This document shows, piece by piece, positions 51,932 through 64,000 of a stretch of DNA of 64,000 bases (position 1 is the stretch's first letter; every line of letters starts with the position of its first letter). The notes beneath the pieces are model-generated. The model had not been told where the DNA came from. It saw only the letters and a program-made list of their open reading frames with translations, and searched no databases. The translations under genes and the position numbers were made by a program. The stretch is from Ranitomeya imitator (Eukaryota): positions 463,264,001 to 463,328,000 of the forward strand of contig NC_091284.1 of the NCBI RefSeq assembly GCF_032444005.1. Reading direction: 5' to 3'.

Positions 51932-52660
51932 CAAAAACTTTACGTGCAGATAATGGAACTGAGTATACAAGTAATGAAACATTTTAAAAAAAAATGGAAT
52001 CATATTTCAAACTACTGTACCATACAACCCTGAGCAAAATGGTGTAGCAGAAAGAAGGAACCGGACACTCTGTGAAAGCGCAAGGAGTATGTTATTTGAT
52101 GCAAATTTGCCTACAGTATATTGGGGCGAAGCTATTATGACGGCTTGTTATCTTCAGAACAGACTACCAAGTAAAGCGACAGAGAAAACTCCATTTGAGC
52201 AATGGAATGGTACAAAACCAAAACTACAACACATAAGGATTTTCAGAGGTAAAGCATTTGCACATGTTCCCAAAGAAAAACGAACTAAGTAGGAATCTCA
52301 TGCCAAGGATGGCATCCTGGTAGGCTACAGTGAAACCCAGAAAGGTTATAGAATTTTACACCCAGAGACAAACAAGGTCACAATAAGTAAAAATGTAGTG
52401 TTTAATGAAAACTTCGTGTCACCCAAGTTTTATGACATTATGCCAGTAGTCCAGATGAAGCAACAACAACAATCTCAATCACAATTACAAGACAACGAAG
52501 AAAAGAATGTAGAAGTCTGGCTGGACTCTTCAGCCACTGAAGGAACAACAAAAGGCCTAAGTGAACCTGAAATTAGACGGTCATCAAGATCAAACAAAGG
52601 AATACCAGCTAAACGTTTATCCTACATTGTGAAGACACTGCCTGAGGCAGAAACTACCCG
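51932..52660 (+). pseudogene. pol: Copia integrase core remnant
   Basis: RADNGTEY, PEQNGVAERRNRTLCE..RSML and YWGEAIMTACYLQNRLP; stop replaces a Trp codon at about 52290. Confidence 0.88.
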
Positions 52661-52833
52661 CCCATGAAAGAACAAAGTGGATCAATGCCGCGAATGAAGA
52701 AATTAACTCGCTTCATCAACTTCAAACTTGGAAACTCACTGAGTTACCACAGGATAAAAAGGCAAATAAGTGTAAATGGGTATTTAAAACCAAATATGAT
52801 TCTGAAGGTAAAGTCCACAGATTTAAAGCGAGG

Positions 52834-54165
52834 TTGGTCGCAAAAGGATATTCTCAAAAATATGGCAAAGACTATGATGCTACTTTTTCCCCGGTCGCTA
52901 AGCAGACAACATTTAGAGCATTGTTGGCGGTAGCTGCAGTACAAAGGATGTTTGTCAGACATTTGGATATCAAAACTGCATTTTTAAATGGTGACATTGA
53001 GGAGGACTTATACATGACTCAACCTGAAGGTTATGTAAAGGAAGGTAAACAGAATCTTGTTTGCAAACTACAAAAATCTCTTTATGGTCTTAAGCAATCG
53101 GCGAGAGCATGGAACTCTAAAATGAACAAAGTCTTGTTAGAAGAAGGATTTAAAAGAGGTCAAGCGGATCCATGCCTGTACATGAGATATACATATGGAA
53201 AATGGATGTATATTCTCTTATATGTGGATGATGTAATTGTAGTTCATCAAGAAGAAGCTGAAATTGGGAAAATTACTAACATTTTGAACCAGCATTTTGA
53301 AACGAAAGACCTAGGAAATGTGACATATTATCTAGGAATCCACATCCAGAGAGAGGAAGATGGAAGTTTTCTTTTAAATCAAAGTGCAAAGATTAATTCA
53401 ATTTTGGATCAGTTCGGAATGACGGAAGCCAAAGGTGTATCAACGCCAATGGAATCATCCTACCTGAAACTGGAAGAAGATGACCTGTTGCCTAACAATG
53501 AGAAATATCGACAGGCAGTGGGGGCACTTCTATATATATCAACTACAACTCGACCGGATATTACAACAGCAGTTGGAATATTGTGCAGATATGTGGAGAA
53601 ACCGCGCCAAAAGGACTGGAATGCCGTTAAAAGAGTTCTCCAATATTTAAAAGGGACACAAGGTGTAAATTTAAAAATATCTGCAGCAGGAAATCTAAAA
53701 CTCACCGGCTATGTTGACTCAGATTGGGCTGGTGATTCGCAAGATCGTAAATCCACAAGCGGATATGTATTCAAACTTGGAGAAAGTTCAATCTCCTGGT
53801 CTAGTAGAAAACAAGTGTCTGTTGCTTTGTCATCTACAGAAGCTGAGTATGTATCCGCAGCCTATGCAAGTCAGGAGATCATTTGGCTAAGACAACTGAT
53901 GGACGATCTTGGTAAACCGTTAACTCAGCCAACGGTGATATATGAGGACAACCAAGGATGCATTAAACTTGCATGCAGTGAAAAGATCAGTGCTAGAACT
54001 AAGCACATAGACGTCAGATGTCATCATCTACGTGATTTAATAGATTGTGGTGTAATTCAATTTGTTTATTGTGAAACTGATAAAATGTTAGCTGATATTC
54101 TGACCAAGCCATTGCCACGACCTAGGTTCCAAGAATTGAGAACCACTATGGGACTGACAGAATAA
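52834..54165 (+). CDS. pol: Copia reverse transcriptase-RNase H (open 443-codon frame)
   Basis: LVAKGYSQ, HLDIKTAFLNG, SLYGLKQS, LLYVDDV, YVDSDWAG..RKSTSGY, SSTEAEY and LADILTKPL motifs. Confidence 0.95.
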   Translation: MVAKGYSQKYGKDYDATFSPVAKQTTFRALLAVAAVQRMFVRHLDIKTAFLNGDIEEDLYMTQPEGYVKEGKQNLVCKLQKSLYGLKQSARAWNSKMNKVLLEEGFKRGQADPCLYMRYTYGKWMYILLYVDDVIVVHQEEAEIGKITNILNQHFETKDLGNVTYYLGIHIQREEDGSFLLNQSAKINSILDQFGMTEAKGVSTPMESSYLKLEEDDLLPNNEKYRQAVGALLYISTTTRPDITTAVGILCRYVEKPRQKDWNAVKRVLQYLKGTQGVNLKISAAGNLKLTGYVDSDWAGDSQDRKSTSGYVFKLGESSISWSSRKQVSVALSSTEAEYVSAAYASQEIIWLRQLMDDLGKPLTQPTVIYEDNQGCIKLACSEKISARTKHIDVRCHHLRDLIDCGVIQFVYCETDKMLADILTKPLPRPRFQELRTTMGLTE

Positions 54166-54183
54166 GTAGTTGTTGAGTGGGGG

Positions 54184-54512
54184 TGTTGGCCTAATGCATA
54201 TTGATCTGTATGTATTGCAACAACTATTGTTTGTTTAATATGATGTGATTTATATATCTGCATGCATATTGTTCACATGTCAACAAAGTTAAAAAAAAAA
54301 AAAGAGTCCTCATTTACAGACAGGATGTTCCTCCTCCCCCTTCCCTGTGAGCACATTTCTTGTGTGGAGCTGAAGCAGAAGGACTCACAGCAGATCTCTC
54401 TCTCTCAGAAACCAGATTGATCCTGTTCTCATGTTTTAAGCTGGATATTCTTAATTCTTAATAAATGAACATTCTCTGTTGCTCGTTGTGGACGATTAAC
54501 CCGCTGCTAACA
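54184..54512 (+). repeat. Copia 3' LTR (329 bp)
   Basis: TGTTGGC...GCTAACA; AATAAA at about 54460. Confidence 0.92.
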
Positions 54513-55639
54513 GGGCAGCAGGCATCTGTGTCTGCTTTCTGGACAGCAGATTCGGAAGGCGGTAACACAGGGGAAGGGCCAGTGATTTCACCCTCAGGCA
54601 AAGATTTTGTACCCAGGCATTCCACCCACAAACTGCGGTGCTGCGTATATAAGCAGTATATGGCGTATCCTAACAGAGGAATTATGTTGGATTTTCCTTT
54701 TATAAAGGGATGTGTGGGTAAAATTCCTGGCTTTATTTTTCCACATGTACCCTCACAGTGGTGTTATGCATAAATTCCCTGTATCTAGCACAATGTGCCT
54801 ATTTTTTTCAGATATCAGCTTTATTACACACGGTAAAAGCAGACTCATGGAAATTACAGGTAAATAGTCACGTTTTCATATCTCAGCAGACTAAGGAAAA
54901 TTATTTCCACTGCTAAATTGTGACGTTTGTGTATCTCTGCAGGATTTGTAACAGTTGCACAACTGCTAGATAAAGAGACACTATTTATTTAACCAACAGA
55001 AATTTTTTTATTTTTTGCATCGCCATTATGAGACACACCAACAGCAGAAAGCTGGTAAATAGTAACATTTCTGTAGCTCATCAAGTTGTGCGCCAGTCAC
55101 ACAACTGCTAGATAAATATTAGCTATTTAAGCAATAGCCAAGGACTATTTATTAGCAATTAACTTCTAAAAAGGATGCTACTATATGCTGGCACTGATGA
55201 ATATTATTCAGCTGTAAAAAAAAAGGTTTTTTATATGCTGGTAAGCAGGAATATTACGTAGCTCCAAAAAACTGATTTAGTATATGCTAGTTCTAACTAA
55301 TATCTTTTCGCTCTAAAAAGAGCTGCTTTGTATATTAAGTTAGTAAATGACACCCTGCCTATCTCTCCCTAATCCCACAGTCTGTTCCTAATCTCTACAA
55401 CAAAATGCACACTAGCAAAGATCTGCAGCATGTACTTGCAATGATAATGTGATAACACCCAGGTACCTGCATTTCACTCTCCCTCATATTAAATCTCTAC
55501 CTACGCTATCTCCACCTAACAAAGAACTAATCTTCACCCTCATGTGCTCTTAAAAAAGCTTTTAGGAATCACCAACTCTCCCTATCTGCTCCTTTCACAC
55601 TCCCTACACTCACACTACACTCTCCCTACGCTGTTTCCG

Positions 55640-55923
55640 GCTGCAATGTGCACAAGATGGCGCCGGCAGGGATTAAATATCCCTTATGACGCTGTAAGGC
55701 CAGCCAATCACAATAATGACTCACCAAAGCTGACACCAGCATTACTGTGATTGGCAAGCAAGCCGAGTATGTTCATTGGCTGCAAATAAAGCGCCAAACT
55801 TGCTTGGTGGGTAACTCAAATATAACAAACGAATACCAAATTATTCGTCGAGTAACAAATAGCCCCAAGAGTGTACTCTTTATGGGAGTAAGTAATAGTG
55901 CCGAATGTATTCGCTCATCACTA
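55640..55923. mobile_element. hAT-type element right end
   Basis: Ends TTCGCTCATCACTA, matching the hAT-MITE TIR class (TAG(T/A)G(T/A)TGAG) seen at 5658 and 33400. Confidence 0.5.
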
Positions 55924-56556
55924 GTTATGAGTAAAAGTCAATTTTGCCGAGTAGATCATTGTGTGACTAAAGAGCAAAATAATTATCGATACACAAAGCA
56001 AGACAAGCACTTACATGTTACAGTAATCATGTAAGAAATCATTCACTTTGTATCAAGAAATCACTCAGTCGAAGACTCTATTTATACTTGAAGATAATTG
56101 GCAGTGTAGTGCGGAAAGGCATTGAAAAAATTGTATTCACTATGTAGAGTTGAAGGAACAAATGATTTCCATTTACAGTAGACAATCAAACAACGAGTAG
56201 ATAATTTTTTCATTTGTATGAATGATTCCATGCACGAAGTGTAATGCATGTGATCTGAATGGAACAACAGAGACAACAGGTGGAATCAACAATCTGCTTC
56301 TACTTTATTCACTTAACAATGCGGGAAAGATGATTATCACAGATAATTTGCACAAAAACAATATTCAGAAAGTATAGAGACATATTGGTTAGTACATTAC
56401 AAGAGATATATCCTCGAAATCAGTTCGGGGTCTCCAGTCCAATCTTGGTCTAACCAGGAAAGGGGAACGCTGTATTTAGCAGAAACAATCTCTAGTGTAC
56501 CTTTGATGCTTTCTGGGCCCTGACAAAGTCTAATAATGCTTTCTGGGCCGCTTTAG

Positions 56557-57183
56557 TGTCAGTCAGGCCTTGTCTCATCTGCAACCTACTCCTGCCCACT
56601 TCCAGTACTCTGAGTCTGTGCTGAAAGCAACGGCCCTGATGACTCGCATCCTCCGATCACCAGCTGAGGTGAGAATCTCTGTGTCATCGTCTGCCTGGAT
56701 TTTCTGTTATTGTCCTTCTAGGGTTAATCCTATGTGGCCTCACTTTGATTTGGGGAGGGCTATAAGTAACCGCACTGGTGCCATGCTCGTTGTCAGTGAT
56801 ACGTCCATTCCTCGCAGAGTAGCCGACCATTGTATACCTGTGTATATTGCCTGCTTCTGTACGATTGTTCTGTGTATGACCCGATCTGTTTCCCATTTGA
56901 TATTCATCTGCTGATTCTGTACCTTCCGTGTTACTCTTGGTTCTACCTGAGCTACGTCCCTGACTTCCCGCCTGTTTGTTCCCCTGGTACTGCATTGCTT
57001 TCTCTGGCTTCTGGCCCCCAGCTTGCTCCTTACCACTCTATTCGTGTTACCTGCTTGTTACCACTCTGCCCTCTGGTCTGACCTCGGCTCTATTGTCTAT
57101 TCTCCTGGCTTTGCTGGGTCCCACTATCCCTGCTAAGAGTCTGGGACCTAGCTAAGCCCTGAATCATGCCCCCAGTGCTCACA
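56557..57183 (+). mobile_element. Possible solo Gypsy LTR
   Basis: TG...CA ends, TATAAG box at about 56781, pyrimidine-rich U5-like half; no TSD found. Confidence 0.4.
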
Positions 57184-57559
57184 TGATTGCAGGTCCTGTT
57201 CCTCCTGCAGCACACTTTGTGCCGTGTCCACTTTCCACTGCAGGAGTTCCATTGGTCCCCAGTACATCTTTGGACATGTATACAATCTCTGGTGGTGAGT
57301 CTGATACAGTGTCCATCACACTCTGGTTGTGTATTCTTTGAGTATCTTTGGTGCTTGACAGCCGACGAGAGTCTCCTCGATCTGGTGAAGTGGGGAGGCT
57401 GGTCCTTGACTCTTGACTGGCATTGTCTAGGTCTGGGTCTTGACCTGTTTTACTCTGGTCTTTGGTACTTGACCAGCATAGTCTGCATCCTATACCTCAA
57501 CTGGAGTCATCTGAATCAATTATCATGCGCAATGACTCTTTCACTTTCCCTCGTATTAA

Positions 57560-58933
57560 ATCTCTACCTATCTCCACCCAACAATTTTTTTTGTAATTTT
57601 CACAAGGATTTGAGAAGAAAATTGACACCATAATTTGTTGTGCAATTTCTCCTGAGTACACTGATACCCTATATGTGGTCAAAAACTACTTTTGAGGCAC
57701 AATGCAAAGCTCAGAAGGGGAGAAGAGCTACTTTGGATGTGAGATTTTGCTGGAATAGTTTATGGATGCCATAACCCACTGGGAAAGCCCCAGAGATGGC
57801 ACAAAAATGTGTCCCACAATTTCTGCTGAACATGGAGATACCCCATATGTGTCTGCACAGTACTGCTTAGTCAGACGGCAAGACTCGGGAGGGAAGAAGC
57901 GTGATTTGACTCCATGTGTGTTTTCCAGAAACAAGCTGCAGTGGATGTTGCTGAGTGAAAATTGCAAATCTACCCTGTACGTTGTAGTGCCCTGTACGTT
58001 GTAGTGCCCAGTATGTTATGGCCAGCTCAAACTTCTGGACATATGCACCCATAAATTAGGCGAGCTCTCATCACTGCTGAAATGCCAAACATGTGGATGC
58101 TAAATGCAGTTTAGGCATTCTGTCCAACAGAAGAGGAGGGGCATTGTATTTGGGAGCTCAATTTGCTGAATTTCTTTTGGGGGCATAGATCAATTTCACC
58201 ATTCCAGAGCCTTTGCACTACCAGTAACATGGAAGCCCCCTATATTTCTGTTAACAGATGATGGGCCTGAGTGGGGGCTTGCTTTTTTGTGGATTGATTT
58301 AAAGCTTTTTTTTGGAACATTTTTCGGTACATAACATTTTGGATCACACTTATCCTGGGCCCTATGCTGAGCACTTACTTTGGAATTGCATCTAAATCTT
58401 CAAATGATATGATTCAGATAAAACCCATGAGAGACCTATTCACTATAATGATTCAGCAGAGTTACTGAGGACTACGTCTGGACTCTGTTCAGCATTGTCC
58501 TTCTTTTCAGAGGTGCACAGACTGCAATTGTTTATAACGGTCATTGCTGCACTGACACAAGCCCCTTAGACCATGTTCTGCACATGGACTAAGAAGCTTG
58601 CCGTAGCCTGGTAACCAGGATGTCATCATGACAACCTTGGGTCACCATGGCAACAGTTGGCCCTGCGATGACATCACAGAGTGGTAGGTCAGAGGGAGCT
58701 CCCTCCCCCTGCCTTCTAAATGTTGCAATCGATACTGGCAGCAGCATTTATTGTTAAACTGCCAATAGCGATTCAGGCACTGCTGCTGGCAGTGAGAGTT
58801 GGGTGTCATCTAAGATGTTAGCTGAACACCCACTGGCAATCATGCAAAATCACCATGGTGTACCTAGTACCTCGAAGGTCAGGAAGTCATTCCCTTCAAT
58901 GATGTACTGGTAGCATCCAAGGTAGGGAATCTG
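57560..58933. mobile_element. Degenerate TTAA-ending DNA-transposon arm
   Basis: Repeated subterminal motifs; general resemblance to 1-246; ends at a TTAA (58934-58937) shared with the next MITE. Confidence 0.35.
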
Positions 58934-58937
58934 TTAA

Positions 58938-59385
58938 AGGGGTTATCCACTTTTACGACAACCCCTTCTCAATCAGCATATATGCCCACATTAAAATAAA
59001 AACACTTATACTCACCTAACATGCCAGTGTCATTCCAGCGGTGTTGGCACTTACGTTCCCGGGGCTCACGTGCGGTTATTATGACATGTGAGCCATGTGC
59101 CCAATCAGCACTGGTGTCACTGTCCCCGCCTTTGGATCAATAAGTAACCAAGAGGAAGTCAGAGCTGCGGCTGCTCTCTCAGTACCTCTTGATTACTTAA
59201 ACATCAAAAAGCCGGGCCAGTGAAGCTAGAGCTGATTGGGTGCAGGACTTGGGTAACATAACATCTTCACGTGAGCCTCTGAAGAGCGAGTGCTGACACC
59301 ATTAGAATGGGGCTGGCAAGAGAGGTGTGTATAAGTGTTCTTATTTTAATGGAGACAAACATTCAGAAGAGGTTGATCTAATAGT
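58938..59385. mobile_element. T2/Kolobok-type MITE
   Basis: TTAA|AGGGGTTATCCAC start; palindromic interior; degenerate right end. Confidence 0.6.
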
Positions 59386-59581
59386 TAACTTTTACAACCA
59401 GGATGCACATCTAGCAATATGTAACACTTGGACTACCAAAAAATAGAATATTAGAAATTTCAACATTCAAAAATAGATGTTACTGTACAGGGCGACTGCA
59501 TGTAAGGACAATGGGTCTCATAGGTACAATAGACACTGCACTGCACTTTGCGATCTATGGTACTGGAGGAGTTAAATGAAC

Positions 59582-59812
59582 CTGATGTTCATTTACGCCT
59601 GAAAAAGCAGGAAGACCTTCAAACAGTTTGACCCAGTCCCTCCTGCATTTCCATTCTGAAGGATGCCACTTAAATATCTCCAGGGACACAAGATAAATGA
59701 ATCCATTAGGACTGTAAAGTGGACTGGGAGAGATACAGTAATTCAGAGTCCTCGGGCGCAACCTTTCCTTCATTGTGGTATTAATGCATAGCAGATGTGT
59801 ACAGAAGATGAA
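59582..59812 (-). CDS. Candidate upstream exon of dynein heavy chain-like gene (donor uncertain: 59597 or 59582)
   Basis: Open frame FIFCTHLLCINTTMKE..WVKLFEGLPAFSG resembles dynein LLFSFLLC....M.E and LPxFS motifs; ends in phase 0, so an unfound phase 0-to-1 exon is needed before 48368. Confidence 0.45.
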
Positions 59813-60255
59813 CTGTCATACAAAGTCATTTACACATTATTATAAATGTTTAAAAATGTACAATGTAAACTCTATGTTTCCATCTCATCTCGACTGATGA
59901 GGCTTTACTGTATATCAGAATATGGAACGAGTTGATATAAAAATAGAACGATTGAGTATTTATCTTAGTTCTGTACTGCAGGAACGGACACACTATTGGC
60001 GCAACCTGCGCAGCCAAATGGGGACCCAAGCTGCAGGGCGGCATTTCATGTTGAATTGTGCATTATGATGAGCTATAGGATTGCAAAGGGCCCATATATT
60101 GTTATTTCACAGGGGTCCTATTCTGTCTGTGTCCGCCAGAGCGGTGCTGAGATTTATTCTTGCACTTAACAACAGCATAGAATTGTATGCACCATGTAAC
60201 ATGATACAGTGCAGCCTCTTACAATATAATATCTATAACATTAGATATAACATTA

Positions 60256-61778
60256 CTAGATGGTGGCCCGATTCTAATGCAACGGGTATTCTAGAATATG
60301 CATGTCCATGTAGTATATTGCACAGCCCACGTAATATATTGCCCAGCCACATAGTATATTGCCCAACCACATAGTAAATTGCCCAGTCACGTACTATATT
60401 GCGCCCAGTCATGTAGTATATTGCCCAGCCGCGTAGTATATTGCCCAGTCACGTACTATACTGCCCAGCCACGTAGTATATTGCCCAGTCATGTACTATA
60501 TTGCCCAGTCACCTACTATATTGCCTAGCCACATACTATATTGCCCAGCCACGTAGTATATTGCCCAGCCACATAGTATATTGCCCAGTCACGTAGTATA
60601 TTGCCCAGTCACGTAGTATATTGCCCAGTCACGTAGTATATTGCCCAGTCACGTAGTATATTGCCCAGTCATGTAGTATACTGCACAGCCCGCGTAGTAT
60701 ATTGCACAGCCCGCGTAATATATTGCACAGCCCGCGTAGTATTTTGCACAGCCCGCGTAGTATTTTGCACAGCCCGCGTATTATTTTGCACAGCCCGCGT
60801 AGTATTTTGCACAGCCCGCGTAGTATATTGCCCAGTCACGTAGTTTATTGCCCAGTCACGTAGTTTATTACCCAGTCACAAGTCACATAGTATATTGCAC
60901 AGCCCGCGTAGTATATTGCACAGCCCGCGTAGTATATTGCCCAGCCCGCGTAGTATATTGCCCAGCCCGCGTAGTATATTGCCCAGCGCGCGTAGTATAT
61001 TGCCCAGCACGCGCAGTATATTGCCCAGCCCACATAGTATATTGCCCAGCCCACGTAGTATATTGCCCAGCCCGCGTAGTATATTGCACAGCCCACGTAG
61101 CATATATCAATGTGGGCATCATATCCCTGTTAAAAAAAAAAAAGAATTAAAATAAAAAATAGTTATATACTCACCTTCCGTGGATCCAGGAAGCCTTTAC
61201 CGATGCTCCTCGCGCGCTCCGGTCTCAAGAGTGCATTGCGGTCTCGCGAGATGATGATGTAGCAGTCTCGCGAGACCACTACATCATCATCTCGCGAGAT
61301 CGCAATGCATGGACCGGTCACCGGAGCGTCGCGAGGAGCGGGAAAGGCGCGAGAAGGTGAGTATATGATGATTTTTTATTTTTTTTATTATTTTTAACAT
61401 TAGATCTTTTTACTATTGATGCTGCATAGGCAGCATCAATAGTAAAAAAGTTGGTCACAAAGGGTTAATAGCAGCGTTAATGGAGTGCGTTACACCGCGG
61501 CATAACGCGGTCCATTAGCGCTGCCATTAACCCTGTGTGAGCGCTGACTGGAGTGGAGTATGGAGCGGGTATTGACTGCGGGCAGGAAAGAGCGGCCATG
61601 TTGCCACCGGACTGCGCCCGTCGCTGATATGTCGTGGCAATGGTCATGGGCATTTTGCCACGCCCAATCAGCGACTTGGATTTCCATGACAGACAGAGGC
61701 CGCAACCAATGAATATCCGTGACAGACAGAAAGACAGACAGAAAGACGGAAGTGACCCTTAGACAATTATATAGTAGA
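60256..61778 (-). mobile_element. Non-autonomous Helitron (1523 bp)
   Basis: Same termini as 47296-47899 (A|TC ... hairpin at 60267-60286 ... CTAG|T) with a different interior. Confidence 0.87.
60320..61100. repeat. 20-bp minisatellite inside the Helitron
   Basis: About 38 copies of ATTGC(C/A)CAGCC(A/C)CGTAGTAT with blocks of variants. Confidence 0.97.
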
Positions 61779-61792
61779 TGGATTATACTGTA

Positions 61793-63248
<1,456 letters not shown>

Positions 63249-63481
63249 TAAATGTAAAAATGTGGATACAAAACAATTTACTGTAGCCAAACAGACTTAT
63301 ATTTCGTAGATTTGAACCATTTTCGCTTTACCGTTATCTGATGCGAATCGTGCTTTTGTTTCATTGTTTTTAAGTGTTTTTATTTTCACATTATGCACCT
63401 AGTCATGCCTGATTGATTGGTGACACAGGTGGAATCTGTGTATACTCACCTATTTCTTCCAGCGTCACTTCCTTCAGACAT

Positions 63482-63525
63482 GGACCCGTAGAAGCGCTGT
63501 GCCAAGTGCAAAACGGCCGTCGTCT
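63482..63525 (+). ncRNA. Degenerate hammerhead-like motif (probably inactive)
   Basis: GGAC-CCGUAGA-A-GCGC(loop)GUGC-AAAA-CGGCCG-UC-GUCU: stems preserved, three core substitutions. Confidence 0.5.
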
Positions 63526-64000
63526 CCTCCAGCACACTCCTTTCACTGTGCTGCTCCCCCGTGCCGTGAAGATTTATATGTATACTTGCATCTGAATAAA
63601 GGAACTATTGACCCCAGGACCGGTGAGTGCTGCGGTTTTCTATTCCATGATTTAGACTTATACGAGAGGTTCACTTGTAAAATTATTAAGCTCTATTTGA
63701 TACTTGTGACCAGGCCACCATTAGAGCATTACTGCCCTTACTGTTGTATGGGGCCCAGTGAGCAGAAGTAAAGAGGGGGGGCCTAAACTCAGTCCGGGCC
63801 CTCACCTCTTGTGCTTCGGCTCACTGGGCCCCAGGGTGTAATGGAACATTACGTGCCAGAGCGCCAGCAATGGCAGTGCACATTTTGGCACAGGGAGCCT
63901 TCCTGGAGTTTCACGCAACGGCCATGCAGCTCCAAGGGAGTGCTTCTGCATCTTCTGTGACGCGTGCATTTGTGAAGCCGGCATGTACGTGTGCAACTCA

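Larger units (their letters stand above)
51854..54512 (+). mobile_element. Ty1/Copia LTR retrotransposon, internally deleted
   Basis: 5-bp TSD GGGCA (51849-51853 and 54513-54517); 78-bp 5' LTR stub identical to the start of the 3' LTR; integrase-RT-RNase H order; PPT GAGTGGGGG. Confidence 0.95.

Noticed and set aside
56410-56530. PLSWLDQDW peptide and a 19-nt phase 0-to-1 micro-exon candidate
   Set aside because: The long frame hits a stop with no donor; the micro-exon has weak splice signals and no supporting motif.
11277-61100. Regular short repeats that might suggest CRISPR arrays
   Set aside because: Units are contiguous with no unique spacers, there are no cas genes, and the context is eukaryotic.
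11176-61155. Many repetitive ORFs (11176-12038, 45604-46232, 60661-61155, 35544-35901, 49003-49433)
   Set aside because: They are translations of minisatellites and microsatellites.

Overview
Eukaryotic, repeat-dense vertebrate DNA. The mix of Tc1, T2/Kolobok-type MITEs, CR1, V-SINE, chromovirus and Copia elements suggests an anuran amphibian (inference). No prokaryotic features were found. The window lies inside a large minus-strand gene missed by the ORF track. I reconstructed seven phase-compatible exons (48368 down to 14842) that encode the AAA6/C-terminal part of a strongly diverged dynein heavy chain-like protein, plus two weaker candidate exons. The introns are filled with transposons: a decayed Ty3/Gypsy chromovirus (2149-8568) with a Tf1/sushi-type self-priming site and a nested hAT MITE, an internally deleted Copia with a 5-bp TSD, a young 5'-truncated CR1, one almost intact and several decayed Tc1 elements, a mariner fragment, three Helitron-type elements, solo LTRs and many MITEs. 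The most notable non-coding signal is an intact minimal type I hammerhead ribozyme motif (44306-44353), with a second, decayed one at 63482-63525. Coordinates were counted by hand and may be off by a few bases.
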